DNA of 64,000 nucleotides from assembly GCA_049697115.1 (NCBI GenBank), contig JBAVVD010000095.1, positions 15,797 through 79,796 of the forward strand, given 5' to 3'. This DNA is from Candidatus Aminicenantales bacterium (GTDB lineage: Bacteria; Acidobacteriota; Aminicenantia; Aminicenantales; UBA4085). The position numbers and the translations under genes were made by a program. The first letter of the stretch is position 1. Every line of letters begins with the position of its first letter. The notes below the pieces were generated by a model. It had not been told where the DNA came from, did not search any database, and saw nothing but the letters and a program-made list of their open reading frames with translations. Shown piece by piece: positions 28,493 through 36,136 of this stretch.

Positions 28493-31003
28493 ATGGCGCG
28501 AACAGAACCACGAACACTGGCAATGATGATGAACCACCGAAAGGTGTATTTTCCGGAAGGCGTCACCGTCCTCCGGACGGCCGAGCTGAACGGCGTGGAC
28601 ATTCCCTCTCTCTGTTCCCACAAAGATCTTTCCCCCTACGGCGGATGCCGATTGTGTATGGTGGAAATCGAGGGAATGCGCGGCTATCCTTTAGCCTGCA
28701 ACACGATAGCTCAGGAAGGAATGAAAGTCCTGACAGATACAGATATGCTGCGGGAACTCCGGAAAGAAATCTTGAAACTTATCCTCTGCGAGCATCCCTC
28801 GAGCTGCCTGGTGTGCGGAGAAAAAACCGAGTGTCAGGATTATCAAGGAACGATCCGGAAGACCGGCGTAACGACGGCGTGTCGATTTTGCCCAAATGAC
28901 GGCCAATGCGAACTGCAGAGCCTGGTTGAAAAAATCGGTGTGACGGAAATCGACCATCCCATACTTTATCATGGCTATGAGCCTGAGCACGACGATCCCT
29001 TTTACGACAGGGACTACAATATCTGTATTCTCTGCGGCCGGTGTGTTCGGATGTGTCAGGAAGTTCGGGGGACCGCGGTGCTTGCCTTCACCTCGCGGGG
29101 TCCTCAGGTCAAGATTGCCCCGGCCTTTGGCCGAAGCCATCGGGAAGCGGGATGCGAATTCTGCGGGGCATGCGTGGATGTCTGCCCGACAGGCGCCCTT
29201 GTGGATAAGGCCTCCAAGTGGGACGGCCGGCCGGATGGATTTCATGTTTCCACATGTCCGTTCTGTGCGCTGGGATGTCAGATTGAGCTGTTTTATAAAA
29301 ACCGCAGGCTGTCCAAAGCCAAAGCCCATATGGATCCGGAAGTCAATGACGGACAGCTCTGTGTGAAAGGACGCTTCTGTCTGCCGGAAGTCACTCACCA
29401 TTTCGAACGGGCAAAAAAGCCCATGCTCCAAAAAGGGGATTATTTCCGGGAAGTCTCCTGGGAGGAAGCCTTGGAAAAAGTGGCCGAAGAGCTCAAAGGA
29501 ATTCAATCGGATGAGTTTCTCATGCTGGTTTCTCCGGATCTCACCAACGAGAGTTTGTATGCCGCTCAAAAATTCGTTCGGGACGGCCTGGAAAGTCCGA
29601 ACATCGACTCCACGGCGAGACTGGAACTTGCAGGCGGATTGGGATTTTGGTCAAAACTGTTCTCATTGCCCATCTCCATCAAGAATATCGCCAGAGCCGA
29701 TGTGATCCTTGCCGTCGGACTCGACAGCCGGTTCAATTTTTCGGTGGTCGGGACAAAGGTTCGTCGAGCGCTCGATGTGGGTGCCCAATTGGTGACCATC
29801 GATCCTCTCGACAGCAATCTGGCCCGCTATACCGATCACTGGCTCCGTCCTGTGCCGGGCCAGGAAGGACGGCTTCTGAAGTTTTTCGCCGATCGTCTGG
29901 CCGGCCGAAACAACAATCCTTCCTCTGTCGCTCAAGAAACATCCGTGGATATTCCACTTTTGGAACGGGCGTTCGCAATTCTTTCTTCCGGCGACGATTT
30001 GACGGTGATTATCGGCCCCCGGATATTTCATTATGAAAACAGCGAATCTTTCGTGGACGGATTAATGAGCCTGGCCAAACGCCCGAATACGAATTTCATT
30101 CCCCTTTTCTTCGGCGCCAATACGCGCGGGGCCCTTGAGTTGGGCGTATTTCCGGAACTCGGTTCAGATGGAACTTCCCGCTTTGGGAAGGGATCAGGTT
30201 TGTCCGAAATAATCAACGGATCAAAGCGTTATAAAGTGATCTATCTGGTCGGCGATGTCCCGTTTTTTGAAAGGCCGAACTGCGATTTCTTAATCGTTCA
30301 GGATATTTATCTGCCGCCCTTCAAAGTCGATGCATTTCTTCCGGCATCCTCTTTTGCGGAGGCCGGTGGGACTTTTGTGAATATTGAAGGACGGATTCAG
30401 GAGATCGTCCAGATCGAAGATCCGCCCGAAGGCCAGGTAACGGGATTTATGCGTCCCGATTGGCTGATCTTTTCTGAGCTGGCCAATGTTCTCAATGTTC
30501 ATCCGCTGAATTACAAAACTTGGAAGGATGTCTTCAAGGAAATTCAAAAATCCATGCCGAATTTTCCAGAACGGATCAACCGGAAGCCCCGACGGATGAA
30601 CGCTTTCGATGATCCGGCCATCCACAAATCAACCGATGGACAAAAGCCGGACGGAGATTTCTGGATGGTGGCCGAACCGGGCGGCTACCGCCATCGAGGG
30701 ATCGATATCTCGTCGAAAGTCGGAGGTTTGAGCGAATTGGCCCTGGAAGAAGGATTCCGAATGCACCCCGAAGACATCGAGTCCCTTGGTTTGAAAAGCG
30801 GCGATCCGATCACTCTATCGCTCGGCAAGAGTAAGCGGCGCGTCACGGGCACTGTCAAATCAGACATCGAATGTCCGAAAGGGGCAATTTTCTTCTCCCG
30901 GCCAGTTATCTTGGGCGGTCTGAAACATCGACGTGAACTTCTTCCCTTATACATTCTCCAAAAAAATCCGATCCGCGTTCACATCTTGAAGACGGCGACC
31001 TGA
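28493..31003 (+). CDS. NuoG/formate-dehydrogenase-alpha-like Fe-S and molybdopterin-fold subunit lacking the catalytic Sec/Cys-His pair
   Basis: N-terminal 2Fe-2S (CSHKDLSPYGGCRLC), a His-x3-Cx2Cx5C cluster (HPSSCLVCGEKTEC) and two further Cx2Cx2Cx3CP motifs. The FDH-like domain begins TCPFCALGCQIELF…DGQLCVKGRF. At the position aligned to E. coli FdhF …ARVUHGP the sequence is …ARLELAG (no Cys/Sec or His). A C-terminal molybdopterin-dinucleotide-binding-like barrel follows. Confidence 0.7.
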   Translation: MARTEPRTLAMMMNHRKVYFPEGVTVLRTAELNGVDIPSLCSHKDLSPYGGCRLCMVEIEGMRGYPLACNTIAQEGMKVLTDTDMLRELRKEILKLILCEHPSSCLVCGEKTECQDYQGTIRKTGVTTACRFCPNDGQCELQSLVEKIGVTEIDHPILYHGYEPEHDDPFYDRDYNICILCGRCVRMCQEVRGTAVLAFTSRGPQVKIAPAFGRSHREAGCEFCGACVDVCPTGALVDKASKWDGRPDGFHVSTCPFCALGCQIELFYKNRRLSKAKAHMDPEVNDGQLCVKGRFCLPEVTHHFERAKKPMLQKGDYFREVSWEEALEKVAEELKGIQSDEFLMLVSPDLTNESLYAAQKFVRDGLESPNIDSTARLELAGGLGFWSKLFSLPISIKNIARADVILAVGLDSRFNFSVVGTKVRRALDVGAQLVTIDPLDSNLARYTDHWLRPVPGQEGRLLKFFADRLAGRNNNPSSVAQETSVDIPLLERAFAILSSGDDLTVIIGPRIFHYENSESFVDGLMSLAKRPNTNFIPLFFGANTRGALELGVFPELGSDGTSRFGKGSGLSEIINGSKRYKVIYLVGDVPFFERPNCDFLIVQDIYLPPFKVDAFLPASSFAEAGGTFVNIEGRIQEIVQIEDPPEGQVTGFMRPDWLIFSELANVLNVHPLNYKTWKDVFKEIQKSMPNFPERINRKPRRMNAFDDPAIHKSTDGQKPDGDFWMVAEPGGYRHRGIDISSKVGGLSELALEEGFRMHPEDIESLGLKSGDPITLSLGKSKRRVTGTVKSDIECPKGAIFFSRPVILGGLKHRRELLPLYILQKNPIRVHILKTAT

Positions 31004-31063
31004 AAAATAAGAATATATATTCATGGAAACGCGATGGGTTCGGCCGATGGATGGAGGACAGGA

Positions 31064-31897
31064 ATGTATGAAATCATTGAACGACGGATGATTGTTCCGA
31101 ATTTGCACGAATTCAAAGTGAAGGCTCCGGCCGTTGCCGAAACCGTGAAACCCGGCCACTTCATCATCGTCCGGGCGGATCAATATGGCGAGCGTATTCC
31201 TTTGTCCGTCGCGGACTGGGATCAGGAAGCCGGCACGGTGACATCCATTTTTATGCAGGTGGGCGGATCCACCGGCAAGCTGGCTCGTCTGAAATCCGGC
31301 GATACCATTCCAACATATGTTGGGCCTTTGGGGAAAGAAACCGTGATCGATAATTTCGGCACGGTTCTTTGCATCGGCGGATGCTACGGGATCGGATCGA
31401 TCTACCCCATCGCACGGGCGCTGAAGGAAGCCGGGAATAAAGTTTATGTCCTGCTGGAAGCCCGAAGTTCGTTTCTCCTGTACTGGCAGAAGAGGTTCAC
31501 CGGAGTCTCGGATGAAGTATTTGTTATCACCCGGGATGGCACTGCGGGGGAAAAAGGTCATGTGAGCAAGATCCCTGAGTTGATTGAACACGCAGGAATC
31601 ATTCCCCATCTGGTCATCGTGAACGGGTGCACGTTCCTGATGATGCGGGTTTCTCAGGTGACAAAGCCTTTTGGATGGAAAACGATCGTCAATATGAATC
31701 CGATAATGATCGATGGAACGGGGATGTGCGGAGTCTGTCGACTCTCGGTCGGAGGAAAAATGAAGTTCGCCTGCGTCGATGGGCCCGATTTTAACGGCCA
31801 TGAAATCGATTGGGCAGAATTCCTGGCGCGGCGCAAGAGTTACAACCCGGAAGAGGTCGATCCGCTCCGCCGTTCGAGCTGCCGGTCTCATTTCTGA
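31064..31897 (+). CDS. NfnA/SudB/PyrK-like FAD plus 2Fe-2S oxidoreductase subunit
   Basis: Ferredoxin-NADP-reductase-like fold with C-terminal CGVCRLSVGGKMKFACVDGPDF. Start placed at ATG 31064 after a GGAGG RBS (track ORF begins at 31034). Confidence 0.7.
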   Translation: MYEIIERRMIVPNLHEFKVKAPAVAETVKPGHFIIVRADQYGERIPLSVADWDQEAGTVTSIFMQVGGSTGKLARLKSGDTIPTYVGPLGKETVIDNFGTVLCIGGCYGIGSIYPIARALKEAGNKVYVLLEARSSFLLYWQKRFTGVSDEVFVITRDGTAGEKGHVSKIPELIEHAGIIPHLVIVNGCTFLMMRVSQVTKPFGWKTIVNMNPIMIDGTGMCGVCRLSVGGKMKFACVDGPDFNGHEIDWAEFLARRKSYNPEEVDPLRRSSCRSHF

Positions 31898-31935
31898 TTC
31901 GATGGAAGACGCCCGCGCAGAGGAGGTTGGCCAGA

Positions 31936-33354
31936 GTGAGTGAGGAAAAACAGGAAAAGAAAAAATTGGATCTGAATCGTCGGTCCATGCCGAAACAGAA
32001 TCCATGGGAGCGGGTCAAGAATTTTGACGAAGTCGCCCTGGGATACTCCGCCGCGGTCGCTGTGGAAGAAGCCCGTCGCTGTTTGCAATGTCCGAAGCCG
32101 CTCTGCAATCAAGGGTGTCCAGTAGGGATTGATATCCCCGCATTCATTAAATGTATTGTCGACGGGGACTTCGGCTCCGGAATCAAAAAAATCAAGGAGA
32201 CCAATGCCCTTCCGGCGATTTGCGGCCGGGTCTGTCCTCAAGAAGAGCAGTGCGAAAAGACGTGCGTCCTGGCCAAAAAGAAGGCCCCGATCGCCATCGG
32301 CCGGCTGGAGCGGTTTCTTGCCGATTGGGAAGCGGCGGAAGGAAAAATCGAAGTTCCGGATATGGCTCCCAAAACCGGGAAGAAGGTAGCTGTCGCCGGA
32401 GCGGGCCCCGCAGGCATAACCGTCGCCAACGACCTCATCATCCTCGGACATGATGTGACCATCTTCGAAGCTCTGCATGAATGCGGCGGCGTCTTGATTT
32501 ACGGCATTCCGGAGTTCAGGCTTCCCAAAGCCATCGTGAACCGTGAAGTGGAATACGTCAAGAGCCTGGGAGTGAAAATCCATACGGATTTCGTCGTGGG
32601 AAAAACCAAGTCCGTCGACCGACTCCTTGAGGAATACGATGCCCTCTTTATCGGCTCGGGCGCCGGACTTCCCTGGTTCATGGAAATCCCCGGCGAAAAC
32701 CTCAATGGCGTCTTTTCGGCCAACGAATACCTCACCCGGGTGAATTTGATGAAGGGTTTTCGATTTCCGGAGTATGAGACGCCCGTGAAACGTCCCCCTC
32801 GAGTGGCGGTTATCGGAGGCGGTAACGTGGCCATGGACTCGGCGCGAACAGCCGTCCGGCTGGGCGCTGATGAGGCCCATTTGGTCTACCGCCGCAACAA
32901 GACGGAATTGCCCGCGCGCGCCGAGGAAGTGGAGAATGCGGAAGAAGAAGGAGTGATTTTCGATCTTCTCACATTGCCTGTGCGTCTCATCGGCGATGCC
33001 AACGGCTGGATCAAAGAGATGGAATGCCTGAAAATGGAATTGGGGGAACCCGATGAATCGGGACGGCGAAGACCGGTTCCCATTAAAGGGTCAAATTTTC
33101 TCATGCCGTTTGATGCGGTCGTCATCGCCATCGGTAACAGCCCGAATCCGATGATTCCCATGACCACTCCTGGATTGGAGATCAGCAAAAAAGGGGGCAT
33201 CGTGACTCATCCGGAGACGGCCCGGACCTCAAGACCAGATATCTGGGCCGGCGGGGATATTGTCAGAGGCGCGGCGACGGTGATCAGCGCGATGGGTGAT
33301 GGGAGGATTGCCGCGTCATCCATACATAAATGTCTCATAAACAAAGGAATTTAG
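31936..33354 (+). CDS. NfnB/SudA/GltD-like NAD(P)H-dependent oxidoreductase subunit (2x[4Fe-4S] + FAD + NAD(P)-binding)
   Basis: CLQCPKPLCNQGCPVGIDIP and CGRVCPQEEQCEKTC clusters, then GxGxxG VAVAGAGPAGI and a second dinucleotide fold. Probable GTG start at 31936 after GAGGAGG (track ORF begins at 31810 and overlaps nfnA). Confidence 0.8.
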   Translation: MSEEKQEKKKLDLNRRSMPKQNPWERVKNFDEVALGYSAAVAVEEARRCLQCPKPLCNQGCPVGIDIPAFIKCIVDGDFGSGIKKIKETNALPAICGRVCPQEEQCEKTCVLAKKKAPIAIGRLERFLADWEAAEGKIEVPDMAPKTGKKVAVAGAGPAGITVANDLIILGHDVTIFEALHECGGVLIYGIPEFRLPKAIVNREVEYVKSLGVKIHTDFVVGKTKSVDRLLEEYDALFIGSGAGLPWFMEIPGENLNGVFSANEYLTRVNLMKGFRFPEYETPVKRPPRVAVIGGGNVAMDSARTAVRLGADEAHLVYRRNKTELPARAEEVENAEEEGVIFDLLTLPVRLIGDANGWIKEMECLKMELGEPDESGRRRPVPIKGSNFLMPFDAVVIAIGNSPNPMIPMTTPGLEISKKGGIVTHPETARTSRPDIWAGGDIVRGAATVISAMGDGRIAASSIHKCLINKGI

Positions 33355-33448
33355 GCCGCATGGAACTTATGGTTATATGCTTATTAACGATGTTCAGGAC
33401 AGGCCAAAAGTCTGGCTCATGGATTTCATGCGCAGCTCAGGAGCACAC

Positions 33449-33793
33449 ATGACATTGCACGAGATCAAAGAGATTCTCCAATGTGAGGTTCTTGCCGGAG
33501 AAGAGAATCTTGCGATAGACGTCCAACAGGTCGTGGCCTCAGATGGAATGAGTGAAATCCTGGCGTTTGCCAGATCCAAAGAGCTGATGATTACCGGTCT
33601 GACCAACATCCAATCCATCCGGACGGCGGATGTCGCCGGCGTCAGCGCCGTCATTTATTGTCGAGGAAAACGTCCCGATAAGGCCGTGATCGAATATGCC
33701 AAAAAGAAAGCGATTCCGATCCTGATGACGAAGATGGTCATGTTTGATATCTGCGGAATTCTTTATGCCAGAGGCCTCAAGGGCGTCTCATAA
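33449..33793 (+). CDS. Small DRTGG-domain-like protein (second copy)
   Basis: MTLHEIKEILQCEVLAGEENL…MITGLTNIQSIRTADVAGVSAVIYCRGKRPDKAVIEYAKKKAIPIL is colinear with the 28093 protein. Start chosen at the internal ATG with a GGAG RBS (track ORF begins at 33377). Confidence 0.4.
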   Translation: MTLHEIKEILQCEVLAGEENLAIDVQQVVASDGMSEILAFARSKELMITGLTNIQSIRTADVAGVSAVIYCRGKRPDKAVIEYAKKKAIPILMTKMVMFDICGILYARGLKGVS

Positions 33794-34230
33794 TGGTCAT
33801 GGAACTACTACGAGAACGATTCGAAATTCAGGGAAGGAATTTCGATAAGGCCGGCGAGATCGCCACCGAAATCAAAGTGATTCTTAAAGATCTCGGCATT
33901 CACGCCGCGAATATCCGGCGTTCCGTGGTCGTGGCGTTTGAGGCCGAGATGAATGTGGTCATGTTTGCCGACCGGGGAACACTGACCCTCATCCTGACCG
34001 ATGAAGAAGTCTGCCTGGAGATTACAGACGAGGGGCCGGGAATCCCGGACATTGAGCTGGCGTTTCAGCCCGGATATTCCACGGCCTCAGACGAAATGCG
34101 CTTAATGGGTTTTGGCTTTGGTATGGGACTGCCGAATATGAAAAAGAACTCCGACGCGTTTCAAATCGAATCAGAGGTAGGAAAGGGGACGTCGGTCTTT
34201 GCCAGAATAAAATTAAATGCCAATGACTGA
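33793..34230 (+). CDS. Histidine-kinase-like ATPase (anti-sigma-factor/Ser-kinase-like, HATPase_c) small protein
   Basis: G1 box EITDEGPGIPD and G2-like GFGFGMGLP. About 145 aa, as in accessory genes of NADH-dependent hydrogenase operons. Confidence 0.6.
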   Translation: MVMELLRERFEIQGRNFDKAGEIATEIKVILKDLGIHAANIRRSVVVAFEAEMNVVMFADRGTLTLILTDEEVCLEITDEGPGIPDIELAFQPGYSTASDEMRLMGFGFGMGLPNMKKNSDAFQIESEVGKGTSVFARIKLNAND

Positions 34231-35512
34231 ATTAAAGCACGGATTTAAAATCGACACGGACAAGTGCACAGGAAGAATGCACTGCATGCGCGCCTGTCCG
34301 ACGCGGGCCATCCGGGTGAAAAACGGCAAAGCGCGTCTGATCCAGGCGCTCTGCATCGACTGCGGCTCATGTCTGCAGGCATGCCCCACGGGAGCCATCA
34401 CGGCAACGACGATCACCTTTGCCGAACTGGACAGGTTTAAGTTCAAGGTTGCGGTGGCCTCGCCAGCGCTGTTCACCCAATTCGGTATCCATATTTCACC
34501 CGCCCAAGTCGGCAGAGCTCTGTTGGACCTTGGATTTGACGCCGTCTGGGAATACGCCGTCGACATTGAGCTGATCGACCAGGCGATTATGGATTCCGTC
34601 AAGAAATGGCCCGGCCCATTTCCCCTGATCTCCAGCTCCTGTCCCGTTGTCGTCCGATTGGTCCAGGTCGCGTACCCCAGTATGGTCGAACAGCTCATTC
34701 CTATCGAATCCCCGCGAGAAATTGCCGGCCGGGAACTGAAACGGAAATACTCCCAGGAGTTGGGCCTGGATCCGGAAGACATTGCCGCGATATATATCAC
34801 GCCCTGCCAGGCTAAAACGATTTCCATCCTTCAACCCGCTGAGGGCGTAGAAAGTTATCTGGATGGATCGGTCGGCATTTCTGAAATTTATAATGACATT
34901 CTTTATAAACTGCGAAAAGATGCGCATAATCAAGAATCCCCGAAAGACTTTTCCATCTCCGGCGAATTGTTTCACGGAGGAGTGATGGAAGGGGAATTTC
35001 CCCGCCTGTCCCGGGAGCATTATCTTCCGCTGACCGGCCTGACGGATATCATTAAAGTTTTCGACGACATTGAAATGGGAAAAATCAGAAATATTGAATT
35101 TTTGGAATGCCATGCCTGCCAGGGGGGATGCATCGGGGGAAACCTGACGGTCGAAAATCTTTATGTGGCGCGCAGCAAAAATCTCCATTTGATCGCCAGT
35201 ATCACGCCGCCCGATTCGACCTTCAAGAATGAGGTTGAACGGCGTTATGCCATTGAAAATTTTTCATTAAGACGACCTTTGAAACCCCGGATCATTGAAG
35301 AGGGCGTCTCGGAACTGCGCGAGCGCGTCACAAGACGAAAGAGAGCGGATGAACTTTTGAAAAGCCTTCCCCTGCTGAATTGCGGCTTGTGCGGCGCCCC
35401 GACGTGCAAGAACCATGCCGAAGACGTGGCCGCTCTCAGGGCGGACTTGAGGGAATGCGTTTTTCTCTCGCCCGACCGGATTGACCAATTGAGAAGAATC
35501 CATAAAAAATAA
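34217..35512 (+). CDS. [FeFe]-hydrogenase H-cluster-domain protein of the putative sensory/regulatory type (HydS-like, no PAS domain)
   Basis: Two N-terminal ferredoxin motifs (CTGRMHCMRACP, CIDCGSCLQACP). H-domain motifs L1 SSSCPVVV (single Cys instead of TSCCPxW), L2 TPCQAK, L3 EFLECHACQGGCIGG. C-terminal Cx2Cx4Cx16C (CGLCGAPTCKNHAEDVAALRADLREC). Confidence 0.75.
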   Translation: MPMTELKHGFKIDTDKCTGRMHCMRACPTRAIRVKNGKARLIQALCIDCGSCLQACPTGAITATTITFAELDRFKFKVAVASPALFTQFGIHISPAQVGRALLDLGFDAVWEYAVDIELIDQAIMDSVKKWPGPFPLISSSCPVVVRLVQVAYPSMVEQLIPIESPREIAGRELKRKYSQELGLDPEDIAAIYITPCQAKTISILQPAEGVESYLDGSVGISEIYNDILYKLRKDAHNQESPKDFSISGELFHGGVMEGEFPRLSREHYLPLTGLTDIIKVFDDIEMGKIRNIEFLECHACQGGCIGGNLTVENLYVARSKNLHLIASITPPDSTFKNEVERRYAIENFSLRRPLKPRIIEEGVSELRERVTRRKRADELLKSLPLLNCGLCGAPTCKNHAEDVAALRADLRECVFLSPDRIDQLRRIHKK

Positions 35513-35537
35513 TCGCTCCACGAAGGAGAAGAAAGAG

Positions 35538-36038
35538 ATGACGGCTAAGTTATCACGCGGAGGTCCGGACAACACCCATGAGAGGCGAAAGGATCTGATT
35601 CCTCTTTTACAAAAGGTCCAGAAGACGGATGGATATCTCTCTCCGGAATCCGTAGAGACCATTTCCCGGAAGCTCAAGGTTTCGGAAAATGAAATTTACG
35701 GAGTGGCCACATTCTACGCGCAATTCCGATTTCAACCTCCGGGGAAGTACAATATCAAAGTTTGCCTGGGGACTGCTTGCCATGTCGGAGGCGGCCATAA
35801 TTTTATGGAGGTCATGAAAATAGATAAGAACATCGGCCACGGGGAGACAACGCCGGACGGGACATTCAGCCTTGAACGAGTCGCCTGTTTGGGTTGTTGT
35901 GCCCTGGCTCCGGTGGTCGTCGTCAACAACGAGGTCCATGGAAAAATGAACCGTGTCACATTTATGAAACTCCTGGAATCCCTGGACCCTTCCCGGAAGG
36001 TTGAAGAACCGCCGGAAACATCGAAATCGCCGGAATGA
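35538..36038 (+). CDS. NuoE/HndA-like thioredoxin-fold [2Fe-2S] subunit
   Basis: CLGTACHVGGG…CLGCCALAP signature of the 24-kDa subunit family. Confidence 0.8.
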   Translation: MTAKLSRGGPDNTHERRKDLIPLLQKVQKTDGYLSPESVETISRKLKVSENEIYGVATFYAQFRFQPPGKYNIKVCLGTACHVGGGHNFMEVMKIDKNIGHGETTPDGTFSLERVACLGCCALAPVVVVNNEVHGKMNRVTFMKLLESLDPSRKVEEPPETSKSPE

Positions 36039-36136
36039 CTCACCGGCCGTAACCGTATACCGATGAGCACATCAATGCCAGTCAGAAAAAGTCAAGCGGA
36101 TCGGAGGCGTATCAGAGATCCGATTAAGGAGCGGCC

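Noticed and set aside
28493-31003. Calling the 836-aa protein a catalytic formate dehydrogenase alpha subunit
   Set aside because: The Sec/Cys-His catalytic pair aligned to FdhF …ARVUHG… is replaced by …ARLELAG…. It is better described as a NuoG-like electron-transfer subunit.
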